From: Limnochordaceae bacterium
Lineage (GTDB): Bacteria; Bacillota; Limnochordia; Limnochordales; DUMU01
NCBI GenBank assembly: GCA_014896305.1
Contig: JADBKQ010000001.1
Location: 20,066 to 84,065, forward strand
DNA length: 64,000 nt
Direction: 5' to 3'
Shown: positions 18,059-27,304 of the stretch, one piece after another
Layout: each line of letters begins with the position of its first letter
How positions within the stretch are numbered: the stretch's first letter is position 1
Position numbers and translations under genes: made by a program
Notes under the pieces: generated by a model
The model's database searches: none
What the model was told of the DNA's origin: nothing
The model's input: only the letters and a program-made list of their open reading frames with translations

Positions 18059-19423
18059 ATGGAATTGACTCGTGTGAGCCGGCCGGCGGGGAGCCGGCAG
18101 CTGTTTCCCTTGAAGCTTTCGGTTAGCTTGCTCGCCTTGTTCCTGGGGCTAGTAGTGATACCGGCACGGCTGGGCCACCCCTTCTGGCCGTTCCCAGCCA
18201 TGGAGAAGGCCTTCGCCGGCAACCTTGGTAGCCGCATACCGGATCAGATCGTGCTGAGCTGGACTGGCTCGCCCAGTTCCACCCAAGCAATCACCTGGCG
18301 AACGACTACGGATGTGGAGAAGTCCGTGGTTCAGTATTGGGTGATGGAGGGTAGGCAGTCACCGTCCGAAGCTGGGAAAACCACGGATACCCAGGTGCCA
18401 CCCGCCGAGTCCTCCACTACAACGGGGACGTCGGCCATTTTCCAATCGGACTTGGGGGTCATGCGAATCCATGAGGTGAACCTGACGGGGCTCAAGCCGG
18501 GCACTCGCTATGCCTATCGCGTCGGGGATGGCACAGCAGACGGATGGAGTCCTGTGTACACGTTCGTCACCGCCGTCCAGCAGCCACAGCAGGTCTCGGT
18601 CCTGGTAGCCGGTGACTCGCAGAGTCTTCCCACCAACTATAGCCTTTGGCAGAAGGTATTGCAAACAGCGGTTCACGATGAGACGCCTGAGAATTTCCTG
18701 GTCCAGACGGGGGATCTGGTAGACGCTGGGGCAGAAGAACAGCACTGGGAGAGCTGGTTTGCGGCCGGACGGGGCGTGCTCGAAGGGCTGCCGGAAATGC
18801 CGGCCCTGGGCAATCACGAGAATGCGCGAGGCGGAGCTGGCTACTTCACGGCCCATTTTCAGCTGCCGACCAATGGACCGGAAGGACTGAAAGAGCTGGC
18901 GTACTCATTCGATTACGGCGACGTCCACTGGATCGTCCTGGACAGTGAGGCGACATCCTGGTCCGCCCGGGAGCAACAGCTACAGTGGCTGGAGGCCGAC
19001 CTGCAAGCAGCAAAGGATCGGCCCTGGAAAGTGGTGGTCTTTCACCGAACTCCGTACGAGGTCAAGCGGTGGCGGCCCAATAGCGACCTGGTCAATTTTT
19101 ACGTCCCTCTCTTCGATCGCTACCACGTCGATCTGGTTCTCAGCGGGCACGATCATTCTTACGCCCGCAGCTACCCGCTACGCCAGGGACAGGTCGCCAA
19201 AGCCACTCCCACCGACCTGACGCAGGGAACGGTTTACATCGTGACCGGACGCAGTGGAGTGAAGACGTATACCGACACGTACCAGCCCGATTGGGCGGCG
19301 GCCTTCGCCAGCGGCGTTCCTCAGCCCAACTACCTCAATCTGATCTTCTCCGGTCGGACCGTGCGCATCATCAACCGCTACCTGGATGGCACAGTAACGG
19401 ATGACGTGGTGTTGAGCAAGTGA
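18059..19423 (+). CDS. Exported purple-acid-phosphatase-family metallophosphoesterase with FN3-like N-domain
   Basis: LTGLKPGTRYAYRVGD; GDSQ, GDLVD, GNHE, VFH, SGHDH motifs; N-terminal hydrophobic segment. Confidence 0.88.
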   Translation: MELTRVSRPAGSRQLFPLKLSVSLLALFLGLVVIPARLGHPFWPFPAMEKAFAGNLGSRIPDQIVLSWTGSPSSTQAITWRTTTDVEKSVVQYWVMEGRQSPSEAGKTTDTQVPPAESSTTTGTSAIFQSDLGVMRIHEVNLTGLKPGTRYAYRVGDGTADGWSPVYTFVTAVQQPQQVSVLVAGDSQSLPTNYSLWQKVLQTAVHDETPENFLVQTGDLVDAGAEEQHWESWFAAGRGVLEGLPEMPALGNHENARGGAGYFTAHFQLPTNGPEGLKELAYSFDYGDVHWIVLDSEATSWSAREQQLQWLEADLQAAKDRPWKVVVFHRTPYEVKRWRPNSDLVNFYVPLFDRYHVDLVLSGHDHSYARSYPLRQGQVAKATPTDLTQGTVYIVTGRSGVKTYTDTYQPDWAAAFASGVPQPNYLNLIFSGRTVRIINRYLDGTVTDDVVLSK

Positions 19424-19557
19424 GTAAGTGAGCAACTGACCCACAGGCCCAGAGGCCGACGAGCTGGGCTTTCGCAACGCCCCGCCAGCACTGAGGATGA
19501 ATCCAGGACGGGCAGCCAGGATAGCCTGACCGAAGAAGCACTGTAAGGAGTAGACGG

Positions 19558-20319
19558 GTGGACGGTAGTCAACTGAACCTGTTGCCCAATGGCGCGCAAA
19601 TCGCTTTGTCCCTGACGGCTTTGCTCCTGAGCGTCATCTTGCACGAGATCGCCCATGGCTGGGTGGCTCTGCTGCGAGGTGACTACACCGCCAAGAGCGC
19701 CGGCCGGCTCAGCCTCAACCCACTGGTTCACCTAGACCCGATCGGCAGCGTCCTGTTGCCACTGCTTTTGGTGCTCTCGCACTCGCCAGCGGTGTTCGGG
19801 TGGGCGAAGCCGGTCCCCGTGAACCCCGCCAACCTCTACCGGCCCCGCCAGGACGACCGGCTGGTCGCCTTGGCCGGGCCGGCCACCAATCTCCTTCTGG
19901 GGTTGGCCGCTATCGTGATCCTATTGCTCCTCGGGCTCGGGAGCAAGCTGATCCTCGCACCCGAACGTGGGGTTATCCTCGGCCTGCCGCTGTTGTTGCA
20001 ACCGACCATCCTGGTCAGCTCGTTCCCGGGTGACGTCTTCTTGCAGGTTCTGGTGCAATTCCTCAAAGACATGGTCCTGATCAATTTCGTCCTCGCCTTG
20101 TTCAACCTTATACCTATCCCGCCCCTGGACGGCTTCCATGTCGTCTGGAGCGTCCTCCCTGAACGGCTTCTCCCCAAGCTCCAATCCGTCTGGCAGCTGG
20201 GCTGGCTGCTTTTCCTCGTGCTCATCTACACAGGTGCGACGGATTTCATCATCCGCCCGGGGCTGGTCGCCGCCCAGTGGCTGCTACTGCGGGGGGCCGC
20301 ATGGATTGGCCTGTTCTGA
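19558..20319 (+). CDS. Site-2 protease, peptidase M50 family
   Basis: LHEIAHG, GRLSLNPL.HLDP, FGWAKPVP, FNLIPIPPLDG. Confidence 0.92.
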   Translation: MDGSQLNLLPNGAQIALSLTALLLSVILHEIAHGWVALLRGDYTAKSAGRLSLNPLVHLDPIGSVLLPLLLVLSHSPAVFGWAKPVPVNPANLYRPRQDDRLVALAGPATNLLLGLAAIVILLLLGLGSKLILAPERGVILGLPLLLQPTILVSSFPGDVFLQVLVQFLKDMVLINFVLALFNLIPIPPLDGFHVVWSVLPERLLPKLQSVWQLGWLLFLVLIYTGATDFIIRPGLVAAQWLLLRGAAWIGLF

Positions 20320-20359
20320 GCGGTGCCGGGCTGGTTGGTGGCACGTTACGCGTTCGTGC

Positions 20360-20389
20360 TTGTCGAAACGGCCGGTAAGGTGGTATAAT
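20360..20389 (+). promoter_or_regulatory. sigmaA-type promoter of fluoride operon
   Basis: TTGTCG-18 bp-TATAAT with TG extension, 7 nt before the aptamer. Confidence 0.75.
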
Positions 20390-20396
20390 GACACAA

Positions 20397-20447
20397 GGCG
20401 ATGGAGCTCGCCTGCAAGCGCCGGAAATCCGGATGATAGCTCCTACC
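20397..20447 (+). ncRNA. Fluoride riboswitch (crcB motif)
   Basis: GGCGATGGAGCTCGCC..CCGGAAATCCGG-ATGATAGCTCCTACC; pseudoknot GGAGCU/AGCUCC; crcB downstream. Confidence 0.9.
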
Positions 20448-20468
20448 AGGTAGGGTAGGAGCTTTTTT
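20438..20468 (+). terminator. Riboswitch expression-platform terminator
   Basis: Perfect 10-bp stem AGCTCCTACC/GGTAGGAGCT then T-run; left arm overlaps the aptamer. Confidence 0.88.
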
Positions 20469-20528
20469 GTGTTCTTTTTTGGCCTTCCTTGCGGACAATG
20501 AAAAGAACACGCCAGGGGGGGGAGTACT

Positions 20529-21368
20529 GTGCGAGCGACGGGCGTCGGGGTCCACACTATCCCGGTGCTGGATGCATTCTACCGTGCCACTGAGCCGGAT
20601 GTTTGTCCGTTGTGTGATCTTCAAAGACGCACGGAACAATCGGTGATGGAGCATCTGCTGGGTGAAGACTTAATGGACGCGACCTTTCGCTCCAGGTTGG
20701 AGAATCTGGGGCTTTGCCCCCGGCATGTTGCGCTACTCTTGAACGAGCCCGATCGTCTGGGCATCGCCCTTGCACTACAAACACTGGTGCGCCACCGGGC
20801 AGGTCGATTCGGCACCGTGCTAGCCCAGCCACCAGCTTCTGTCGGCAGTCACTTATGTCAAACGCTGTGGCGGAAAGTAAGACGATTGACCCGCTACCCA
20901 CGTGGAGCCCGGGACATCAAACCCTCGCCCATGAATACGGCGTCTCCACCCGCGGCCAAGAGCCTGGACACAGACCTGGGGACGTTCGATGAAGCAGACG
21001 AAAGCTGTCTGGTTTGCAGTCAGATTCAAAAGTCCATGCAGTTGTATGCCCGGACGGTAACCGACCTGTATCGGCGCGACCCGGAATTCCGCGCCCGACT
21101 GGCTACTTTTGACGGAATCTGCCTGCCCCACACCCGCTTGTTGATCCGGGAAAGCTATAGCGGACTCCCTGCCGCGACTCGCTCACAGTACACCCACTTA
21201 CTACGACGCCAGTTACACGACGGCTTGACCAGGCTTGACCAGGAATTGGGGTGGTTCATCCAAAAGTTCGACTACCGATTCCGGCAGGCAGACTGGCACA
21301 ACACGAAATCCGCTCCCGAACGAGCTGCTGCTCGATTGGCAGGAGTCTCCGTTTCCGCAGGCAAGTAG
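20529..21368 (+). CDS. DUF6062-like protein with two CxxC...CxxH motifs
   Basis: CPLC..GLCPRH and CLVC..ICLPH; L.WFI.KFDYRF; GGAG RBS before GTG. Confidence 0.72.
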   Translation: MRATGVGVHTIPVLDAFYRATEPDVCPLCDLQRRTEQSVMEHLLGEDLMDATFRSRLENLGLCPRHVALLLNEPDRLGIALALQTLVRHRAGRFGTVLAQPPASVGSHLCQTLWRKVRRLTRYPRGARDIKPSPMNTASPPAAKSLDTDLGTFDEADESCLVCSQIQKSMQLYARTVTDLYRRDPEFRARLATFDGICLPHTRLLIRESYSGLPAATRSQYTHLLRRQLHDGLTRLDQELGWFIQKFDYRFRQADWHNTKSAPERAAARLAGVSVSAGK

Positions 21369-21392
21369 ATTAATCTCGACTCATCTGGAAGG

Positions 21393-21980
21393 ATGCGGAA
21401 CCGCATGAGATCTTTGTCGTTGTATCTTGCGATCGCCCTGGGCGGCGCTCTGGGAGCTCTATCCCGTTACGCGCTCTCCAACTGGATTGGCACTCGCTGG
21501 ACCACCAACAGCTTCCCCCTGGGCACTTGGGTTGTTAATCTGCTAGGGGCCTTCGCCCTGGGTTTCGTCTTTACCTACGCGCTGGGCCACGAGCTGTCTC
21601 CCGTCTGGCGGACCGCCATCACCAGCGGCTTCATTGGGGCTTTTACTACTTTCTCCACGCTCAATTACGAGGCGTGGGTTCTCCTGAGCGAAAGCAACTG
21701 GCAACCAGCCCTGGTCTATCTTGGCAGTAGCTGGATTCTGGGGTTGGCCGCGGTGGCGGCGGGGGTGGCGGTAGCGCGGGCGTTACCCGACGTCCTCATG
21801 GTCAGCGTAACCGCCCTGGTCAGTCTGGTTGCAACCCTTGGGATCGCCCGTCACGCTCCCGATGCGGCTCGCACCCAGCCCAGGCCCGGCCTGGCTCCCC
21901 AGTCCCAAACCCCTCTCTCTGCCAAGATTCATCAGACTACCCAGCTGGAACCGGAAAAGACGGGAGGAGGTTCAAGATGA
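21393..21980 (+). CDS. crcB: Fluoride channel CrcB/Fluc
   Basis: GGALGALSRY, FPLGTWVVN, GFIGAFTTFST. Confidence 0.93.
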   Translation: MRNRMRSLSLYLAIALGGALGALSRYALSNWIGTRWTTNSFPLGTWVVNLLGAFALGFVFTYALGHELSPVWRTAITSGFIGAFTTFSTLNYEAWVLLSESNWQPALVYLGSSWILGLAAVAAGVAVARALPDVLMVSVTALVSLVATLGIARHAPDAARTQPRPGLAPQSQTPLSAKIHQTTQLEPEKTGGGSR

Positions 21981-22339
21981 CAGTTCCCAAGACGGCCGAA
22001 CGTTTGCGCATCTACATCGGCGAGACCGATCGCTACCGGGGACAATCGCTCTACCACGCCATCGTACTGAAAGCGAAAGAACTTGGCCTTGCCGGAGCGA
22101 CTGTCCTGCGAGGACTCGAGGGCTATGGTGCCAACAGCCGCATACACACGGCGCGCATTCTTGACCTATCCAGCGACCTTCCCATTGTCGTGGAGATCAT
22201 TGACGAACCGGCCAAGCTGGATAGGCTTCTGCCCTTCCTTGACCAGGCCGTGACGCAAGGTTGTTTGATTACCCGCGAGCCGGTCCAGGTCTATCGCTAC
22301 CACCACACAACCTCATCGGACATCAGAGCGCGGAGTTGA
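21977..22339 (+). CDS. DUF190 (PII-like) protein
   Basis: LRIYIGE.D, GLAGATVLRG.EGYG, LSSDLPIVVEIID; usual crcB neighbour. Confidence 0.9.
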   Translation: MTVPKTAERLRIYIGETDRYRGQSLYHAIVLKAKELGLAGATVLRGLEGYGANSRIHTARILDLSSDLPIVVEIIDEPAKLDRLLPFLDQAVTQGCLITREPVQVYRYHHTTSSDIRARS

Positions 22340-22527
22340 CGGTCAGAAACAGTAGGAAACCGAAGACTACCCTGACCGCCGACAGATTTGGTTCCGCCCC
22401 GGCCGCTTTCATGTCGCCTACATCACTTGGCTATTGCCCACATATAGTCCTCCCCTCCCATCACGGCCCTGGTGTCCGGCGAGTATATCACTCCTGACAT
22501 CCTTGCCTGTCAAAGGAGGAAGATCTC

Positions 22528-23325
22528 ATGCCTGAAGTGAGTCCACGCCGGCACGGATTTGGTTGGGGACGCGCCCCCCAGCCCACCCCTCCGGCGTCCG
22601 AATCGACCTCATCCACACCCGCTCAGCCTCGAGGGGCGGCAGCCCCCCAAAACCCACCTGTGGCTGCCCAGCCACCAGAGCCTGAGCCGGGCCGCCGGCC
22701 CATACCGCCTATTGCTACCGAGCCTTCCCCGACGACCACGCCCAGCTCCTCGTCCCCTGCAGCCCGGACGGAGCCGGCTACTGAACCCGATTCGTCCCGC
22801 AGCACCCCCTGGTTTGGGCGCCCCCGTCGTTCCCGCTGGCTGCGCGACGCAGAGCCGGCACCCCCTATGGAGCCTTCCGACTCCGCTGCGCCTCCCTCTG
22901 CACCGTCCCTAACGCCGCCCCCTGCTACTCCGGCTTCTCCGCCTACGCCGACCGCTGGCGTTGCTCCCGCACCGGCCGCGACCCAACCCGCCGAGCCTGG
23001 GTGGGTAGCTGAACCCGACGCCGGTCCCATCGAGGAGAGCTGGTGGTGGCCCTGGGACCGCGGCGGCACCCGCCGACCCGACGAGACCGAGCTCATCCAC
23101 CGTCTGCAAGTCGAGGAGTTCCGGGCTATCGATTGGATGCTGGCTGGCGATATGGATCCCGACAACCGCCAGATCCTGGACTCTTACAACCGGGCCGCCG
23201 CAGCCACCCAACGGCTCATGGACGAGTTCCGCAGCCGCCTCGGGCCGTTCATGTGGATGGACGAAGACTGGCCGGGTGAACGCCCGGGTGGCCCCTATGC
23301 AGTCCCCCCCACCGGCAATCGCTAG
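22528..23325 (+). CDS. cotJB: Pro-rich protein with C-terminal CotJB-like domain
   Basis: AAGGAGG RBS; C-terminus LQVEEF..IDWML..DMDPDN.QIL..YN...F.SRLGPF..WP resembles CotJB; directly upstream of cotJC. Confidence 0.6.
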   Translation: MPEVSPRRHGFGWGRAPQPTPPASESTSSTPAQPRGAAAPQNPPVAAQPPEPEPGRRPIPPIATEPSPTTTPSSSSPAARTEPATEPDSSRSTPWFGRPRRSRWLRDAEPAPPMEPSDSAAPPSAPSLTPPPATPASPPTPTAGVAPAPAATQPAEPGWVAEPDAGPIEESWWWPWDRGGTRRPDETELIHRLQVEEFRAIDWMLAGDMDPDNRQILDSYNRAAAATQRLMDEFRSRLGPFMWMDEDWPGERPGGPYAVPPTGNR

Positions 23326-23345
23326 AGTCGGGAGGCGAAAGGTCT

Positions 23346-23990
23346 ATGTGGTATTACGTGCGCAAACTGGAGCACCCTGCCCGTGTCTCCAAAACCGACC
23401 CTCGCATGGCTAAGCTGATTCTAGCCCAATATGGTGGGCCGCAAGGAGAGCTGGCAGCGGCCATGCGCTACCAGACGCAGCGCTTTTCCATGCCGGATAC
23501 GCGCGCCCGGGCGCTGCTCACCGACATTGCTACCGAGGAAATGGCCCACCTGGAGATTTTGGGCGAGTGCTATCACCGCCTGGTGGATGGCCTGACGCCT
23601 GAGGAAATGCGCCGCCATGGGCTGGCCGAGCAGTACGTGGAATTTGGCAAAGATCCATTCTATGTAAACGAATCGGGCGCACCATGGACCGCGGCGTATA
23701 TCAATGCCGTCGGCGACCCCATCGCCAATCTGGCCGAAGACATTGCGTCAGAAGAGAAGGCTCGCACCGTCTACGAACACCTCATCCATGTTACCGACGA
23801 TCGGGACCTAGAGGAGACGCTGCGATTCCTCTGGAGCCGTGAGGTGGTCCACTCGCAACGCTTTCAGCAAGCCAAGCAACGCCTGGAGGACCTGCTGCAA
23901 GAGCGGCGGGTTATCCTTCCCGGTGAGCGGATCGAGCGCCACAATCGCTACGAAAGCCTCACCTGGTCCGTCTCGGAAATGGAACGGTGA
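23346..23990 (+). CDS. cotJC: Spore coat Mn-catalase-family protein CotJC
   Basis: MW.Y.RKL..P, QYGG..GELAAA.RY..QR, LTDIATEE.AHLE, EDIA.E.KAR..YE, REVVH.QRF. Confidence 0.9.
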   Translation: MWYYVRKLEHPARVSKTDPRMAKLILAQYGGPQGELAAAMRYQTQRFSMPDTRARALLTDIATEEMAHLEILGECYHRLVDGLTPEEMRRHGLAEQYVEFGKDPFYVNESGAPWTAAYINAVGDPIANLAEDIASEEKARTVYEHLIHVTDDRDLEETLRFLWSREVVHSQRFQQAKQRLEDLLQERRVILPGERIERHNRYESLTWSVSEMER

Positions 23991-24018
23991 ACGAGCGGGG
24001 CGGTTCGGGCCCTCCTCC

Positions 24019-25182
24019 TCACCGCAACTGCAAGATGCCAGGCCGAAGCAGCTCTTGCCCGTCTACCTGGAGGCGGAGCTGGGGCCAATCCGCTTCGCTG
24101 CGGGTTACGCGTTCCCAGCCCGCCTCTGTGATAAGGAACGTGTCTTCTGTCTTGGTACCTGTGATACTGGGGTTCCAAGCGACGGCCTGATTCGAGCGCA
24201 GGGTTTCGCTTCCGTCGGGAGTGGCCAGCAGCTCACGGTTTCGGTAACCGATCGTTCCCCCCTGGTGGTGCAGCCGTTCCTCGCCAGGATATCCCTGGGC
24301 AGCGTAGGCCGTGGCCGCCGCCTGATAGACATCGGCCAATGTACGGCCAGGCCGGGACGCCGCCAGCATGGCCGCTTCCACCTGCAACACCGCCTGGTGC
24401 CGGTGGACCAGGTCTGCCGGCGGGGTGTCGAACTGCACCAGCCGCGTGGCCGCCGTTACCAGACCGTAGCGCCGGGCGCAGGTGACCAGCATGCAGCGAC
24501 TCCAGACCGGCGTGTTGGTTGGCACCGGGTGGCGAAAGGCGCTGATTCGCTGGTCGGCCGCCACCAGCGTCACGGTGGGCTCAAGGCCGGCCGACTGCAA
24601 CCGGTTGTCCAGCTCCGCCGCAATCTGCGCCTCGGTCTGACCCATGCGAATCGACCGGGCCGCACTTTCCAGGCAAGCCGCCGTCAATCGGCCCACCTCC
24701 CGGTAGCGCTCCACTTCCTCCGGCCGGAGGGCATAACGGAGTGCGGCCAGGGCCTGCCCATCCAACCGCAGCGTCGGGCCCAACTCGGGATCGGACAACG
24801 CCCAGGCGAGTCCCGGATCGTCTGTCAACCAATGGCCCTTTCCGCCTGCCTCTTCTTGCAGTACCCGGCTGAGCTGCTGAGCTGGACTCTCCGTCCAGGG
24901 GCGTACGTTCATCTTCCAACCGGAGGTGGCCGCCACCGGGGCAAACTCCTCCCGCTCCAGTCGCTGCGCTTCGATGGCATTGGTCAGAATCGTAATCGAC
25001 TCGGCGGTCACCAACAGACTGGCGACCAGTTCGCCCCTGGCGACATAGACCTGCGCTCCGCCGGTCAGCCAGGCAATACTCGGCTCCGTGGCCAGTACGA
25101 CCCCATCCAGCTTCTCCTGGGCCAGAAGTTGGCGAATCTGCTCCCACTTACCCCGCCACTCCGCGGCTTGCGCCTGCATCAT
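24019..25182 (-). CDS. M24 (pita-bread fold) peptidase-like protein
   Basis: Creatinase-like N-domain; RHPVPT, HHQGG.IGY..RE, WNPSITGTK.EDT. Confidence 0.8.
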   Translation of the reverse strand: MMQAQAAEWRGKWEQIRQLLAQEKLDGVVLATEPSIAWLTGGAQVYVARGELVASLLVTAESITILTNAIEAQRLEREEFAPVAATSGWKMNVRPWTESPAQQLSRVLQEEAGGKGHWLTDDPGLAWALSDPELGPTLRLDGQALAALRYALRPEEVERYREVGRLTAACLESAARSIRMGQTEAQIAAELDNRLQSAGLEPTVTLVAADQRISAFRHPVPTNTPVWSRCMLVTCARRYGLVTAATRLVQFDTPPADLVHRHQAVLQVEAAMLAASRPGRTLADVYQAAATAYAAQGYPGEERLHHQGGTIGYRNRELLATPDGSETLRSNQAVAWNPSITGTKTEDTFLITEAGWERVTRSEADWPQLRLQVDGQELLRPGILQLR

Positions 25183-25399
25183 CTGTGACTACTCCTTCCT
25201 CCGTAACATGCTGCACAAGCTGCCCACCCGACGGCTTCTCTTTTCATCGGCGCGCCCACCGCTGGCCATTGGCCTGGCCGATCCTCGCTTTCATCGGCCC
25301 GGCCAGCGGGCATCCTACTCCTGCGACACCCATGCACCCGTCGAGCTGTCAGAAAGGAATCTTTTGGCTGCCAAAAAGCAATCACGGGAGGTCTTCCCC

Positions 25400-25840
25400 A
25401 TGCCGTTTCTTCTCGCCCTCCTGCTGGCCGCCGTAGCTGGCACGCTGATGCCCGTTCAGGGGGCCCTCGACTCCTGGCTGGCTCGCAGCAGCAGTCTAGC
25501 CGTTGCCACCCTCTGGGTCCATACCTCCGCCGCCATCGCTACCGCCCTGACCCTTCTGGTTCCAGCCGCCCGCGGCTCGTGGCTCGGTCTCATCCAAGCC
25601 CCTACCGCCGCTTTTTTCGGCGGAGTGGCCGGTGTGGTTATCACCTGGACGGTGGCCGCCGCGGTCACACGGCTGGGCATGGTCAATGCCACTACCGGCA
25701 TACTGGTTGCCCAGATCGCCACCGCGGCCGTACTTGACCACTTTGGCTGGCTCGGCCTCGAGCGGCTGCCCTTCACCCTCTCCCGCGGCGTCGGCGCATT
25801 GCTCCTGCTGATGGGTGCCTGGCTGTTGATCCGCCACTAA
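25400..25840 (+). CDS. DMT-family transporter (YdcZ-like)
   Basis: AG.LMP.QG.L, GG..GV, GQ-like AQI..A.VLDHFGWLG; GGAGG RBS. Confidence 0.8.
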   Translation: MPFLLALLLAAVAGTLMPVQGALDSWLARSSSLAVATLWVHTSAAIATALTLLVPAARGSWLGLIQAPTAAFFGGVAGVVITWTVAAAVTRLGMVNATTGILVAQIATAAVLDHFGWLGLERLPFTLSRGVGALLLLMGAWLLIRH

Positions 25841-25909
25841 CACTTAACACTGGCAAAAGAGCCCAGCCGCCCGCACTCCATCCCCACCCGCAAACGTGTG
25901 GTCCGGTCG

Positions 25910-27301
25910 CTAATTGACTTGAGTACTGCCTTTCTCAGTTGCCTCCAGCCAGGCTTGTCGCACCACCGCTGCGTACGGCTGGTCACCCAGGAAGATTTGC
26001 GCCGAAGGCCGTACCTCATGCAACAGGTGAACCATCAGCCGCACGACGCTATTCGCACAGGCCCCTTCCGGAAACAAGGCAATGAGCTGGCGCGGCGAAA
26101 AGTCGATCACCACGGATCTGCGTCCATGCAAATCCAGCGCTTCGACCTCCACCCGTTTGACTGCCAGCGACCGTGCTTTGCCCCACAACCGCAGCGAACC
26201 GCCACCGCTTTCCAACTCCGCCAGCAGCGCTTCGTACTCCTCATCCGTCAACGCTGGCTGAAACACCGCCGTGACCGGCGTTCCCCGCCAGCGAACCTCC
26301 CCCACGGTCTCCACTTCCTCCTCTTGAACCGCCGGCCTCCCCGCTGTCGACCCCGTCCGGCTCCCAGCCTCGCCCAGGCCAGAGGTGGCCGACGCAGATG
26401 GTACCGCAGCCGCTGCCGCTGGTGCGATGGTCGCTGCCGAACCGGTGCCCGTCCCTGTGGCCTCGTGCCGGCTCGCCCCTGGCCACAGGCGCTCCTCCAC
26501 CTTGCGGAGCAAAGCCAGGTAGGCGCGTATTAGGTTATCCACAAAAGCCGGATTGCCTGTGGCGCTGGCAATGACCCCCGCCCGGTCGACCCCCATCCAT
26601 TCACCCGCCTCCTCTGTCGCCGCCCTGAGGCCATTGCCCCCTTTCCCAACGCGGAATGACTGTCCCGCCGGCTCGGTCCACTCACAGCGGAATCCCGCCA
26701 AGGCCAGGGGCAGCGGCCAATCCGAACGAAGGGGTCCTCCCACTGCCTGAATCCATTCGCTGCTATCTGACCAGATCAGATGCGTACCCCCGCTGGGCTT
26801 TTCATCCCAAACCGAAGAGAGCCAGCTTCCCATTAGTGGCCCAGTCGGGCTGGTCCCACTGCCGACCTTGGGTAGTCGTTGCCACGTATACAAGAGGTCC
26901 GTACGGTCGGCCGTTCCGTAGGCCCTTCCTGATCCCACCCCTCTCCGCCTACCCGCTGGCCCCACCACCCGTTGCCACACCTGAGCCAGGAACGCCGGCA
27001 CCAGCCAGACCCGGTCCACGGCACTGCAGCGGCTCACCAACTGCCGCACCAGCGGTTCACCGGATACGTCGGCAGCCGGCGAAAACGCCCATAGCCGCCC
27101 CTTCGTGTCGCAGGCCGCCAGCTCCCCCAGAGGCAGCTGCCGGCCCGCCTGTTCCACCAAGAACCGGCCGCTCGCAGCCGTCTCCCTGCCTGCCACATGC
27201 TGGATCGAGGGACGTAACACCCATTCCGCCTCGGCAAGCGCTTCCCCGAGGCGCTCCGGGGTAAGCGCAGGGGGGGTGGTCTCCAACAAGAAGGTCTTCA
27301 T
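25910..27301 (-). CDS. Hypothetical protein
   Basis: 463-aa ORF with GGAGG-like RBS, 3 nt after upstream stop; ordered N- and C-terminal parts around an Ala/Gly/Thr linker. Confidence 0.65.
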   Translation of the reverse strand: MKTFLLETTPPALTPERLGEALAEAEWVLRPSIQHVAGRETAASGRFLVEQAGRQLPLGELAACDTKGRLWAFSPAADVSGEPLVRQLVSRCSAVDRVWLVPAFLAQVWQRVVGPAGRRRGVGSGRAYGTADRTDLLYTWQRLPKVGSGTSPTGPLMGSWLSSVWDEKPSGGTHLIWSDSSEWIQAVGGPLRSDWPLPLALAGFRCEWTEPAGQSFRVGKGGNGLRAATEEAGEWMGVDRAGVIASATGNPAFVDNLIRAYLALLRKVEERLWPGASRHEATGTGTGSAATIAPAAAAAVPSASATSGLGEAGSRTGSTAGRPAVQEEEVETVGEVRWRGTPVTAVFQPALTDEEYEALLAELESGGGSLRLWGKARSLAVKRVEVEALDLHGRRSVVIDFSPRQLIALFPEGACANSVVRLMVHLLHEVRPSAQIFLGDQPYAAVVRQAWLEATEKGSTQVN

Positions 27302-27304
27302 AGC

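Noticed and set aside
23839-25188. 449-aa plus-strand ORF
   Set aside because: Antisense shadow of the M24-family gene, typical of GC-rich DNA.
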